Shown here: piece by piece, positions 1 to 9,286 of the stretch
Layout of the letters: each line of letters begins with the position of its first letter
Numbering within the stretch: the first letter of the stretch is position 1
Source of the DNA: an uncultured Chloroflexia bacterium
Lineage (GTDB): Bacteria; Chloroflexota; Limnocylindria; Limnocylindrales; CSP1-4
Length of the DNA stretch: 64,000 nucleotides
Assembly: GCA_963843335.1 (NCBI GenBank)
Contig: CAWJKF010000003.1
Location: 18,207-82,206 of the forward strand
Direction: 5' to 3'
Made by a program: the position numbers and the translations under genes
Notes under the pieces: model-generated
What the model was told of the DNA's origin: nothing
What the model saw: the letters and a program-made list of their open reading frames with translations, nothing else
The model's database searches: none

Positions 1-230
1 AGCGCGGGGCGACGATGCAGGGTGACCTGGTCCGGCGGGCACAGCACGGCGACGCGGATGCGTTCGACGTCCTCGCGGGTGACGCGTACGACCGGCTGTT
101 CGCCCTCGCCCATCGGATCCTCAGGGATGGGGACAGCAGCGACGATGCCGTGCAGGAGTGCCTGGTGATGGCTTGTCGAGCGCGCATGCGCGCGTGCGTT
201 CGACCCGCCAGCGCCCGGGCTGGCTGGTGA
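1..230 (+). pseudogene. ECF sigma-70 region-2 fragment; the 5' end lies outside the window and the ORF stops before any region 3/4
   Basis: ORF 15..230 translates to a sigma-70_r2-like pattern (DAFDVL...YDRLFALAHRIL...DAVQECLV). It then hits a stop with no downstream HTH region. Confidence 0.3.
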
Positions 231-247
231 CACTCAGAGGTGGCACG

Positions 248-1423
248 ATGGAAACGACCTGGCGCGCACACGATGTGCACCTGCCAGCACGACTGCAGGT
301 CGCGCTGCTGATCCTGACGCTCGTGCTCGCGGCTGTGGCCGGAGCAGTCCTGGTGGGGGCGCAGCTCCTGAGGACGGCCGGTCCTGATCGGTTGCCCCCC
401 GTCATGCCCGCGTTCGCCATGCCGCCGACCGCGTGCCCCGAGGGTACGGACCTGCCCAGTGGCGACATCGCGACCATCGCGGGGACCGGCGTGATCGCCA
501 GCACGGGCGACGGCGGTGCCGCGCTCGCGGCCGCGATCGCATCCTCATACAACATGATCGCGGTCGGCCCCGACGATGCCATCTACCTGTCGGACAGCGC
601 CGTCATCCGGCGCATCACGTCCGACGGCCGCATCACGGCGGTGGCCGGACCAACGACCCACGCGCCGTTCGTGACCCCGACAGGCCTGGCGTTCGCGGCG
701 GACGGCAGCCTCTACATCGCGGACTTCACGACGAGCCACATCTGGAAGCTCGCTGAGGACGGATCGATCACCAGCGTCGCTGGTACGGGTGTCAGTGGCT
801 CGGCAGGCAACGACGGACCGGCCACCGAAGCCCAGATCCAGCCCGCGCAGGTCGCTGTCGGTCCGCTTGGTGACCTCTACTTCGATGACTCCAACAGCTA
901 CCGGACCGTCGACCCCGCGGGCATCATCCGGGCGTTCGCCGGGACCGGCCAGGTCGGCTTCTCTGGCGACGATGGCCCGGCGGTCGACGCCAGGCTTGCC
1001 ACCAATGTGCTGGGGGTCGTCGCCGATGCGCAGGGCAACGTCTATGTCGGGGACCCGGACAACCATCGCATCCGGCGGGTGGATTCAGCGGGCATCGTCA
1101 CCACGTTCGCAGGGACCGGCCTGCCGGGCTACTCGGGTGACGGCGATCAGGCCGCGCAGGCTCAGATCGACCATCCGGTCACCATCACGGTCGACGATCT
1201 GGGCAACGTGTACTTCGCCGACCAGGGCAACTCGACGGTCCGGATGGTGGACCCGCACCGGGTGATCAGAACGGTTGCCGGCACAGGCCGCCCGGGTTTC
1301 TCCGGGGACTGCGGGCCAGCGACCACGGCGCAGCTCAACCGCCCTTACGGCCTCGCGGTCCGGGATGGCGTGGTGCTCATCGGGGACGAGGGGAACCACC
1401 GCATCCGCATGGTCGTGCCGTAG
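248..1423 (+). CDS. NHL-repeat protein with an N-terminal transmembrane anchor
   Basis: Start METTW within ORF 158..1423. Hydrophobic helix LQVALLILTLVLAAVAG. Repeated NHL signatures (GDPDNHRIRRVD, YFADQGNSTVRMVD, GDEGNHRIRMV). Confidence 0.7.
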   Translation: METTWRAHDVHLPARLQVALLILTLVLAAVAGAVLVGAQLLRTAGPDRLPPVMPAFAMPPTACPEGTDLPSGDIATIAGTGVIASTGDGGAALAAAIASSYNMIAVGPDDAIYLSDSAVIRRITSDGRITAVAGPTTHAPFVTPTGLAFAADGSLYIADFTTSHIWKLAEDGSITSVAGTGVSGSAGNDGPATEAQIQPAQVAVGPLGDLYFDDSNSYRTVDPAGIIRAFAGTGQVGFSGDDGPAVDARLATNVLGVVADAQGNVYVGDPDNHRIRRVDSAGIVTTFAGTGLPGYSGDGDQAAQAQIDHPVTITVDDLGNVYFADQGNSTVRMVDPHRVIRTVAGTGRPGFSGDCGPATTAQLNRPYGLAVRDGVVLIGDEGNHRIRMVVP

Positions 1424-1461
1424 CCAAGGGGTCGGGGCCGACTCGGCTCCGACCCGCGCCC

Positions 1462-2088
1462 CTACGACCCCGCCAGCTCCAGGACGCCGTCGATCATGAA
1501 CTGCACGGCGAGCGCCGCCAGGATGATGCCCAGCATCCGGGTGCTCACCGCCCGCCCCGTGACCCCCAGGATCGCCGAGATGCGCTCCGCAGCCAGGAAT
1601 GCCCCGAAGCAGGCGAGCATCACCAGGGCGGTGACGGCGAAGAGGCCCGCGGAGTAGGTGAGCTGGCCCCCGGTCCGTCCCGCCAGGAGGATCATCGCGG
1701 TGATCGCGCCAGGGCCGGCGATGAGCGGGATGGCCAGCGGGAACGCCGCGATGTTCTTGACATGGTCGACACGCACCGCGGTCTCGGCCGTCGCCTCCAG
1801 CCGTTGGCTGCGTCGGTCGAACACCATCTCCCATGCCGACCAGAGCAGCAGCAGGCCGCCCGCGATGCGGAAGGCCGAGAGGGAGATGCCAAGCAGGTCC
1901 AGTAGTCTCGCGCCGCCAAGTCCGACCAGCACCAGGATCACGAAGGCGATGAGCGGTCCGCGCCACGCGACCTCGCGCCGCTCGGCGTCACTCATGCCGT
2001 GGGTGAGGGCGAGGAAGAGGGCGCTCAGGAGGATCGGATCGGCGACGACCAGCAGCGTGGCCAGGGACGAGGTGACGTAGTCGATCAC
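1462..2088 (-). CDS. MarC-family (UPF0056) integral membrane protein
   Basis: GTG start at VIDYVTSS inside ORF 1462..2382. Multiple TM helices. MarC-like blocks (NIAAFPLAIPLIAGPGAITAMILL). Confidence 0.7.
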   Translation of the reverse strand: MIDYVTSSLATLLVVADPILLSALFLALTHGMSDAERREVAWRGPLIAFVILVLVGLGGARLLDLLGISLSAFRIAGGLLLLWSAWEMVFDRRSQRLEATAETAVRVDHVKNIAAFPLAIPLIAGPGAITAMILLAGRTGGQLTYSAGLFAVTALVMLACFGAFLAAERISAILGVTGRAVSTRMLGIILAALAVQFMIDGVLELAGS

Positions 2089-2129
2089 CGGCGCAGCGTA
2101 ACAAGTGGGTCCGTAGCCCTTCCGGCCTA

Positions 2130-2498
2130 TTGGCGGGTACGCACCGGAGGCGCATCCTGCGCCGCATGCCACAGCAGCCGCGCGTGCGGTCGTATGAAGG
2201 CCTCTACCGGTCGCAGGCGGATGACCTGTTCCGCGCGGACGCGGACGAGGCAGCGCTCCATGGCTGGTATCCGGCGACCGAGGAATGGCTCCACGGCACC
2301 CTCGTCGTGACGTACGAGCGCGGCAAGCGGCCGAAACCGACCCCTGGCGCGGACGCGCCCCGTGTCGGCCGATCGCGGCCATCAGTGGTGCGCATGACCG
2401 CCTGGGTCATCGCGTTGCTCGTGGTCATCCCGGTGCTGTCCTTCGTGGGTGTCGCGCTCGTCAACCTCAGCCAGCACGGGTCGATCATCGCGCCCTGA
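2130..2498 (+). CDS. hypothetical protein with a C-terminal TM helix
   Basis: 122-aa ORF with a protein-like composition and a C-terminal hydrophobic helix (WVIALLVVIPVLSFVGVALV). No family recognised. Confidence 0.3.
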   Translation: MAGTHRRRILRRMPQQPRVRSYEGLYRSQADDLFRADADEAALHGWYPATEEWLHGTLVVTYERGKRPKPTPGADAPRVGRSRPSVVRMTAWVIALLVVIPVLSFVGVALVNLSQHGSIIAP

Positions 2499-2519
2499 TG
2501 CGGCCGGCCCCGGACCCGG

Positions 2520-3272
2520 TCAGGCCGCGGCGTCCCCTCGATCCGGCGGCGCCTGGGTGGCCACCACCGTCCGTCCGGCCCGGGGTGCCGGTCGGGTCGC
2601 GGCGGGTGCCCGGCGGAGGGCGACCGCGAGCACGATGCGGTAGATGGTCAGGAAGACCACCGTCGCGGTCAGCAGCAGGTAGCCCCAGAAGGCCCACGGG
2701 GCGCCCGTGTCGGTGCCCGCCATGAGGCCATGTGCCGTGGCGCCCAGGAAGGCGAGGAACGTCACGTAGTGGAGGGTCCGCCAGCGCTTCTGGCCGATGC
2801 GCTTGCGCAGCGAGAAGCTCGCGATGACGACGATGGTGAGCACCAGCGACAGCTGCCCGAGGCCGACCCACAGCGGCCGGTAGGGGCCCGTGAAGGGGAG
2901 CAGCAGCTCGGCGATGGTGAACGGCACGCTGTGGTCGAGCGTGAGCATCGCGGCGTGGACGAGGGCGAGCCCGAGGCCGATGGCCGAGAGGTCCTGGTGG
3001 AGCGTGAACGAGACCGTCCGGTGGGCGAACGCGTCGAGGATGCCGGTCGAGAGCAGCAGGCCGTAGATGACCGAGCCGGCGAGCACGAGGTAGGCGAGGA
3101 GGCCGAGCAGCCGGGTGGCGTACCAGGGGATGCGCTCCTGCTCCGCGGTCACCCAGGTGCGCACGGCATCGAGGGCACCGCCGCCGGTCGCGGCGAGGAC
3201 CACGACGATGGCCGCGAGGAACACCGCCCAGCGGAGCGGCCGGGTCCGGGGGTCGAGGCCGCGGTACCTCAT
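2520..3272 (-). CDS. ferric-reductase-like (MsrQ-like) di-heme transmembrane protein
   Basis: 6-TM protein with paired His on two helices (HQDLSAIGLGLALVHAAM and HYVTFLAFLGATAHGLMAG), typical of the ferric reductase transmembrane domain. Overlaps the apbE stop by 4 bp. Confidence 0.7.
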   Translation of the reverse strand: MRYRGLDPRTRPLRWAVFLAAIVVVLAATGGGALDAVRTWVTAEQERIPWYATRLLGLLAYLVLAGSVIYGLLLSTGILDAFAHRTVSFTLHQDLSAIGLGLALVHAAMLTLDHSVPFTIAELLLPFTGPYRPLWVGLGQLSLVLTIVVIASFSLRKRIGQKRWRTLHYVTFLAFLGATAHGLMAGTDTGAPWAFWGYLLLTATVVFLTIYRIVLAVALRRAPAATRPAPRAGRTVVATQAPPDRGDAAA

Positions 3273-4273
3273 GCCAGCCAGCCGAGGGTGCCGGGGGTCG
3301 CGACCGTGCCGCCGGAGTCCAGCAGCAGGATGGCGCCCCGGACGCCGGACCGGTCGAGGAGGGCGAGGGCGTCGTCCGAGCCGGCGATGACCGCCGCCTT
3401 GGCCAGCACCTCCGCCGCGCGGGCACTGCCCGCGATGACCGTCGCCTGGACGACATCGGTGACCGCGGGCCGGCGCGTCCGGGGATCGATGAGATGGTGG
3501 CGCGCGGAGCCGTCGGCGCCGGCCGGCCAGCGATGGACGCTCGTGCCCGATGTGGCGATGCCGAGCAGCGGGCCCGCGATGCGCTCGTCGAGGCGGATGA
3601 CGGCGAGCGGACCCGGGGCACCGGGGCGGGGGTCGGCGACCGCGATGTCCCAGGCGCTGTCCGCGTCGATGCGCAGCGCGATGTCCCCGTCGGCATCGAC
3701 CATCGCCGCGGGGTAGCGCCCGAGGAGCGCGAGGGCCCGGTCGGCGATCCAGCCCTTGGCCACGCCGTCGAGGTCGAAGCGGCAGCGCCCCCGGCGCACC
3801 ACCCGCCCGCCGCGGGCCCCGCGGACCAGGTGCCAGCGGGGTCGTGCCGGGTCATCGACGGGTCCCGCGTGGGTCATGTCGAGCCCCGACCCGGCCGCGA
3901 GGCGCGCGTCGAGGAGCGTCACGTCGAGGAGGCCGGGCGCGCTGTCGAGCGCCCGCTCGGCCCAGTCGAGCACCGCGGCGAGCGTCGGGCGGACCGGCGT
4001 CGATGGCCGGCCCGGGTCGCGGTTGAGTGCCGCGAGGTCGGAGGTCGTCGTGAAACGGGTGAGCCGGGCGGCCCAGCGGTCCACCCGGCGTGCCACGCGA
4101 TCGAGGTCCCGGGTCGCCTCGCCCGCATCGGGTGCACTCCCCGCGACCCGCATGTCGAGGCTGCCGCCCATGGCCGGCACGCTGAGCGTCCACTCCTCCC
4201 GGAGGAGCGGACCGGCTGCCGGGCTGGCCGTGTCAGCGAATGCCGCCACGCGCCACGCGGCTGCGATGGACAT
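3269..4273 (-). CDS. apbE: FAD:protein FMN transferase (ApbE family)
   Basis: ApbE motifs HHLIDPRTRRP and DLDGVAKGW, and the overall ApbE length. Confidence 0.8.
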   Translation of the reverse strand: MSIAAAWRVAAFADTASPAAGPLLREEWTLSVPAMGGSLDMRVAGSAPDAGEATRDLDRVARRVDRWAARLTRFTTTSDLAALNRDPGRPSTPVRPTLAAVLDWAERALDSAPGLLDVTLLDARLAAGSGLDMTHAGPVDDPARPRWHLVRGARGGRVVRRGRCRFDLDGVAKGWIADRALALLGRYPAAMVDADGDIALRIDADSAWDIAVADPRPGAPGPLAVIRLDERIAGPLLGIATSGTSVHRWPAGADGSARHHLIDPRTRRPAVTDVVQATVIAGSARAAEVLAKAAVIAGSDDALALLDRSGVRGAILLLDSGGTVATPGTLGWLA

Positions 4274-4279
4274 CGGGTC

Positions 4280-4732
4280 TTAGCCTCCCGATTGCCGGGT
4301 CCTGGTCACCACCTTGTGGATCACGACCCGCCGGGTCTGCGCCGGGTGCCCGGCGACCCGGGTGACGACCACACGGGGCGGCGGCACCGCGCCAGCGATG
4401 ACCTTGGCGCCCTTCGGGGCCTTCTCGCCTGGCTTCAGATGGACGTACCGGACCTTGTGCTTGACGATGACCGCGGGTCGGGCCGTGGCGATGGTCTCGA
4501 TCGAGGCGGCGTCGGCGGCACCATCGGCGGCGATGGCATCGGCCGACGGCGCGGGGAACCGGACCAGCCCGGCGGCCATGATGGAGACGGCCGCGATGGT
4601 CCCGGCCCCGAGGGCGAGGCGCATCGGCCGGGGATCGGGCCGCGCCTTGGGAGCGGCCGGGGCAGGGTGGAGGGCGGTCGGCGCCGACCGAGGCGCCGCA
4701 GCCGGGGCCGGGCGTGGGTCCTCGCCGGCCAT
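4280..4732 (-). CDS. exported/membrane-anchored Lys/Val-rich protein, paralogous to the upstream gene
   Basis: Start ATG overlaps the upstream stop (TGATG coupling at 4730-4734). Hydrophobic segment TIAAVSIMAAGLV. Repeated VxHKVV/KV motifs shared with 4732..5142. Confidence 0.45.
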   Translation of the reverse strand: MAGEDPRPAPAAAPRSAPTALHPAPAAPKARPDPRPMRLALGAGTIAAVSIMAAGLVRFPAPSADAIAADGAADAASIETIATARPAVIVKHKVRYVHLKPGEKAPKGAKVIAGAVPPPRVVVTRVAGHPAQTRRVVIHKVVTRTRQSGG

Positions 4733-5142
4733 CAGTCGTCACCGCCGTCGTGCTCGCCACCACCGTCATGCTCGTGGCCGTCGTCGTCGCCCTCGTCGTC
4801 GCCGTGGTGCTTGCTTGGCACGACCTTGGTCACATGCACGACCTTGACCTTCGGACGCTGCGTGGCGGCCGGGGTCGGGGCACGCTTGGTGACGTGGATG
4901 ACCTTCGGCTTGGGCGCGGGACGGACGTAGACCGTCGTGGTCTCGACACGCGTGATGGGCTTGATGGAGGCGGCGGGAGTGGCAGGCGCCGCCAGCACGG
5001 CTGGGTCGGTGACTGATGCCAGGTCCAGCTGCTCGGCGTTGGCCGGGGCTGCCGTTGGCCCCAGGCCAGTGGCCGCGAAGCCGATAGCCAGGATCGCGGC
5101 AGCAGCTACGCTGCCAAGGATGACGGCGAGGCGGTGGATCAT
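4732..5142 (-). CDS. exported protein with a His/Asp/Gly-rich acidic C-terminal tail (putative metal-binding)
   Basis: N-terminal signal/TM (LAVILGSVAAAAILAIGFAA). KVIHVTK/KVKVVHVTK repeats. C-terminus HHGDDEGDDDGHEHDGGGEHDGGDD. Confidence 0.5.
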   Translation of the reverse strand: MIHRLAVILGSVAAAAILAIGFAATGLGPTAAPANAEQLDLASVTDPAVLAAPATPAASIKPITRVETTTVYVRPAPKPKVIHVTKRAPTPAATQRPKVKVVHVTKVVPSKHHGDDEGDDDGHEHDGGGEHDGGDD

Positions 5143-5288
5143 GGGGCCTCCGGGTTACAGCGAGTGTCTGACATAACCCTTGAGACGGCGCGTGGCCAGC
5201 GGGTTGCGCTTCCGCGGGAGGACCATCGGGCCGTGGGGCCGTGGCGGTTGGTACCGCGACCCCCATCGGGCGCCCCCCGCGCGGCGGC

Positions 5289-5609
5289 TCAGCGGGATCC
5301 GAGGAGCGTCTCGATCTCCGCGTGATACTGGCGGCCCCCCGAGGATCGAAGCAACCACTCCAGGTAGCCGCGGTCCTGCGTCGCGAGCTGGTTCAAGGAC
5401 CAGCCGGCATATCGCCCGAAGCCGAGGATGCTGACGCCGACTGGCGACGGTGTCGCCTCCCGCCGTGTCTCCGGGATCGGATGCGGCGACCGGGCGGCGC
5501 CCGGGTCGACAGTCAGCGGCACGGCTATCCCGTGCTCCAGGAGAGACGGCCCGTCGTGCCGTGGGCGCCGGTGTTCGCGGAAGAGCCCTGGAATGCCGTG
5601 TCGACCCAT
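5289..5609 (-). CDS. small DUF3820-like protein (start uncertain)
   Basis: C-terminal FGRYAGWSLNQLATQDRGYLEWLL resembles the DUF3820 / exonuclease-X C-terminal-like motif. The N-terminal part of the ORF is low-complexity. Confidence 0.25.
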   Translation of the reverse strand: MGRHGIPGLFREHRRPRHDGPSLLEHGIAVPLTVDPGAARSPHPIPETRREATPSPVGVSILGFGRYAGWSLNQLATQDRGYLEWLLRSSGGRQYHAEIETLLGSR

Positions 5610-6046
5610 GTCGGGAATGTCTCCTGTCGCCTTGGGCCGCCGATGACCGGGGACCACCTCACACAAGGGATGAGACGAGATGCCGTGGATGAGGTGCATC
5701 AGGCGTGGGGTACGTTCGGCCCACAGCACGGCGACGTTCGTCCGGGGTCGTGCTGATCGCATGGTGCGGACGTGCGAAGCCGGCGGACTCGTAGACATCA
5801 GGACTACCTCGCCCAGACCGCCAACGGATCCATCGTCGCGGTACCCGGGAGCAGCCACCTCCAGGACGATCCAGAGAGGCGGTCGCCAGGCCATCCGTAG
5901 CCTTGTCGCGACCGTCACGGGCGGCTGAGCGAGGGCCGGACGCGCACCCTCGATCTGCCTCTTGACCGGCCCGGGCTCGAGGACGATAGTCGCGCCTTCA
6001 CCCCTGCCGCTCCCCGGCAGGGTCGTCCGTAGCCTGAGGCATCCCC

Positions 6047-6712
6047 ATGTCCATCGGCCGAACCATCTCGTTGCGACGCCACCTCCCAGCCAGGGTGACC
6101 GGGATCGCCGGCGTGCTGTTCGCCGCCACCCTCCTCGCAGCCGGGCCGCTGCAGGCAGCTTCCCCGACGCAATATGGCGTGAACCTCGTCAAGAACGGTG
6201 GCGCCGAGAACCGCCTGAATAGCTGGGACCCGTTCCTGGCCTTCAAGACGCACAAGTACGGCGCGGCGGGCTTTGGCTTGCCATCCAAGCACGCCAGCAA
6301 CCAGATCGGTGGCGGCACCCGGTTCTTCCTCTCGGGCGAATTCGACAACGCCTATTCGCAGTGCCCGGAAGCCGACCAGACCGTCAAGCTCACGGGCATC
6401 GGCTCGGCCATCGACCACGGCCACGTCAAGGTGTACCTGAGCGCCTATGCCGGCACCGATGGCGCTGCGGACATCCACGCGCACGTCGACCTCTACTTCC
6501 GGAACGGCAACAACCATTCGGTGAGTGGCAGCGACTTCCACAAGCAGGCTGTCAGCACCAACGAGAAGTACAAGCACCTCACCGCGTCCAAGGTGCTGGC
6601 ACCTGGCACCCGCACCCTCCGTGTCCGTCTCTCCGCTGACGGCGACTCCACGCTCGCGGGCGACTGCTACGCGTTCTGGGACAAGGTCTCGGTCAAGCTC
6701 AAGCACGTCTGA
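6047..6712 (+). CDS. secreted protein of unknown function (signal peptide; gene looks lower in GC than its surroundings)
   Basis: Signal peptide AGVLFAATLLAAGPLQAA. Lys/Asn-rich mature part with many A/T-ending codons, unlike neighbouring genes. Possible beta-sandwich carbohydrate-binding-like fold, not confirmed. Confidence 0.6.
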   Translation: MSIGRTISLRRHLPARVTGIAGVLFAATLLAAGPLQAASPTQYGVNLVKNGGAENRLNSWDPFLAFKTHKYGAAGFGLPSKHASNQIGGGTRFFLSGEFDNAYSQCPEADQTVKLTGIGSAIDHGHVKVYLSAYAGTDGAADIHAHVDLYFRNGNNHSVSGSDFHKQAVSTNEKYKHLTASKVLAPGTRTLRVRLSADGDSTLAGDCYAFWDKVSVKLKHV

Positions 6713-7264
6713 CCGGACCGCCATCCGGCGGCTCGTGCCGCGCTAGCGGATCAGCCGTCCCTCGCCACGCGCGGCGAGGGACTCCGCCATGGCCGTCCAG
6801 GCCTCCGCGGTGGTCCGCCCGGCGACCTCGATCTCATCGCCATCGGGGCCCGTTGCCCGAAGGACCAGGTCCTCGTGGTCCCGACGCGGGTCCTCGAACA
6901 CCCATCCAACGGGCAGGTTGGCGATGGCGGCGAGCTTCGCCGCGCCCTCCTTGTCGCTCACCCGTCGATGGTATGCCCTGCGATCGTGGCTGAGCGGCCG
7001 GGCGCGTGGCACATCCGGGATGCGGCCGGATCTGGCGCGCGCATCGGCCCCGCGGACGCGCGCACCCGGTAGGATGCGTTCCCGGCCGTGCTTCTGACGC
7101 GGGAGAGGGACCAGGACGTTCTGGGCGTCCGGGTCCCTCTCTTGATTTGAGGCGAGCGGGGCGCCATCTGTTGCACGCGGCGGACGCTCTGTCGCCTCCG
7201 GGTACGGACGCGTTGGGAGTTCCGTTGTCCGCGCGCAACCATCCGGCGAGCCAACCAGGTCCCC

Positions 7265-7522
7265 GTGGATGTGCGCCCTGCGCATCATCGGCTCATGGCC
7301 GACGCCCAACGAAACCCGGATGCACGCGCCGCGCTCGACGCCGCGCGACGCACCTACCACGACGCACGTGCCCGGGTATGGTCGGGCGCCCCAGGGGCCG
7401 CGGCGGCCCTCGAGGATGCCGCGCGACGGTATGCACAGGCCGTCGAGACCCTGCGGTCGTCCGCAGACGACCTGCCCCTCGAGACGCCGCCGATCGAGCT
7501 GGTATCGATCCGTCCGGCCTGA
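7265..7522 (+). CDS. small hypothetical helical protein
   Basis: 85-aa ORF with very high GC at third codon positions, consistent with coding. No family recognised. Confidence 0.3.
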   Translation: MDVRPAHHRLMADAQRNPDARAALDAARRTYHDARARVWSGAPGAAAALEDAARRYAQAVETLRSSADDLPLETPPIELVSIRPA

Positions 7523-7534
7523 CACCCGCGACCG

Positions 7535-7903
7535 CTACACCTGCTTGCAGATCGCGAACGTCTTCATGTGGTGGACCTGCCCGCTGCCATCGTTGTAGGC
7601 CGTGCCCTGCCATCCGTCGTCCGGGAAGATGTCGGCGTCGGACCCATCGATGGGGAAGCCGTCGTGCAGCTCGAGATGCGTGTCGGCACCATCGATGTCG
7701 ATGCCCCCGCCCGTGACGCGCGTGCCGCTGGGCCAGCGGACCGTGGTCGTGGCGCTCGTACCGTCCGGCACCGCCGTCCGGGTCCCGACCTTGACCACGT
7801 ACGTCCCGTGCTTCGCGCACACGGCCGTGACGGTCATCGTGACCGGAGCCGTCGAGCCGTTGCCGGCGATACCGAACCAGGCGTCATCGATCTTGATTCG
7901 CAT
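7535..7903 (-). CDS. hypothetical protein
   Basis: Start MRIKIDDAW inside ORF 7535..8032. GC3-rich, Thr/Gly-rich globular composition. Confidence 0.35.
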   Translation of the reverse strand: MRIKIDDAWFGIAGNGSTAPVTMTVTAVCAKHGTYVVKVGTRTAVPDGTSATTTVRWPSGTRVTGGGIDIDGADTHLELHDGFPIDGSDADIFPDDGWQGTAYNDGSGQVHHMKTFAICKQV

Positions 7904-8316
7904 CGGCACCGTCCGCCGGCTCCGATGCGCCGACCTCGACCGAGTGGTCACCGCCGTCGGTCCCGACACCGCCATCCACCGCACTGGGGTGGCTGGCGGT
8001 ACAGGGCACCCCGCCGGGTGTGACGCCGTCACCGGTGCTGCTGCCGTCGGGCAGGCCCTTGGCGATCGTCGCGGCGATCAGGAACCGCCGATGCGGCCTA
8101 CCGTTACCTCCGGACCCGTCGCCGGGGAGACACTGGCTCGCGCCGCAGCGTGGCTGTGCTGTCCTCTCATCTGGGTCGGCTGGGATCGGCAGACTATGCG
8201 GCCCTTGGGCCGGCGTCAAGGGTGATCCCGGCGCCGGCGAACCCGACCTCCGCCGCGCCGCCCGACGGCGCGTCAGCCGCCGGCCCGACCCGGTGGTCAA
8301 CGGTGGTACGAGGCGG

Positions 8317-9195
8317 CTACATCGATCGGAACGAGCGATCCTCATCGGTGACGAGCCGATACAGCTGTCGCTGGCCCGCGAGGCCCTTGAGCTCGTGGAC
8401 GCCTGCGTCCGCGAGCAGCAGCCCGGAACCCTCCAGCAGGTCGTGGGTGGTGGATGAGACCAGGACGTCGTCCGCGTCGGCCACGGACATGACGCGCGCT
8501 GCGGCATGGACCGCGACGCCACGGGCATCCTGGCCCACGAACTCGACCTCGCCCGTGTGGATGCCGACCCGGATGGCGATGCCCAGGGCGTGTGCCGCGG
8601 TCGTCATGGCTGCCCCGCAGCGGACCGCGCGGGTGGCGCCATCGAAGACGGCCAGGAAGCCATCGCCGGTGGTCTTGACCTCCCGGCCGCGGTGCATGTT
8701 GAGCTGCTCGCGCATCAGCCGGTTGTGCTCGAGTAGCAGGTCACGCCAACGCGAGTCGCCGACCCGGCCGAGCATCCCTGTCGAGTCGACGATGTCCGAG
8801 AACAGGATGGTGGCCACGGTCCGCTCGCCGGACGCATCGAGCATCGACGTGATGGGCCGTCCGCTCTGCGATTCGATGGTGATCCAGGGCACATCCCCGA
8901 CCACCCAGGCATCGTGGCCCGGTGGGATCTCGTAGACACCGCCCGGGCCGATGTCCATCGTCTGCCCATCCTCCATGACCACGCGGCACACCCCTGACAC
9001 CGAGAATCCCAGGTGATGGATGGGACAGCTCTGGGCGCCCATGAGCGGGCCCAGGTCGACTGACCATCGCCAGCCGGGTTCGAATGTGGCGTGCGCGATG
9101 ACCGCCTCGCCCATCTGGACCGTCTCGAAGCGTGCCTTCGGGACCTCGCGGACATCATCCGGCTCGTCGAAGTGCTTCACCTGCAAGCGTGGCAT
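8317..9195 (-). CDS. cupin-domain / class III adenylate-guanylate cyclase fusion protein
   Basis: Start MPRLQVKHF. Cupin_2-like N-terminus (ATFEPGWRWS...HHLGFSVSGVCRVV). Cyclase catalytic core (ILFSDIVDST...KTTGDGFLAVFD...GIHTGEV). Confidence 0.75.
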   Translation of the reverse strand: MPRLQVKHFDEPDDVREVPKARFETVQMGEAVIAHATFEPGWRWSVDLGPLMGAQSCPIHHLGFSVSGVCRVVMEDGQTMDIGPGGVYEIPPGHDAWVVGDVPWITIESQSGRPITSMLDASGERTVATILFSDIVDSTGMLGRVGDSRWRDLLLEHNRLMREQLNMHRGREVKTTGDGFLAVFDGATRAVRCGAAMTTAAHALGIAIRVGIHTGEVEFVGQDARGVAVHAAARVMSVADADDVLVSSTTHDLLEGSGLLLADAGVHELKGLAGQRQLYRLVTDEDRSFRSM

Positions 9196-9286
9196 GTCCC
9201 GAGTATGCGCGTCGCCTATGCGCCTGCGGCAGTCCCAGGGCGACCCCGAGCGCCGGGGCGTGCCCGGCTGTGCCAGCATCCGCCCC

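Noticed and set aside
4280-4732. Calling 4280..4732 an FMN-binding (ApbE substrate) protein
   Set aside because: It lacks the Dxx[ST]GA[TS] flavinylation motif and the FMN_bind fold pattern, so it stays a hypothetical exported protein.
2485-4930. Long ORFs 2485..3855 (-) and 3494..4930 (+) overlapping the apbE operon
   Set aside because: Pro/Arg/Gly-rich, no recognisable domains, and they overlap ApbE and the ferric-reductase-like gene in other frames.
6743-7525. 260-aa minus-strand ORF and the Arg-rich plus ORF 7006..7716
   Set aside because: Mostly low-complexity. Only a possible ~70-aa C-terminal piece (6743..~6960) looks protein-like, and I could not find a convincing start, so it is not reported as a feature.
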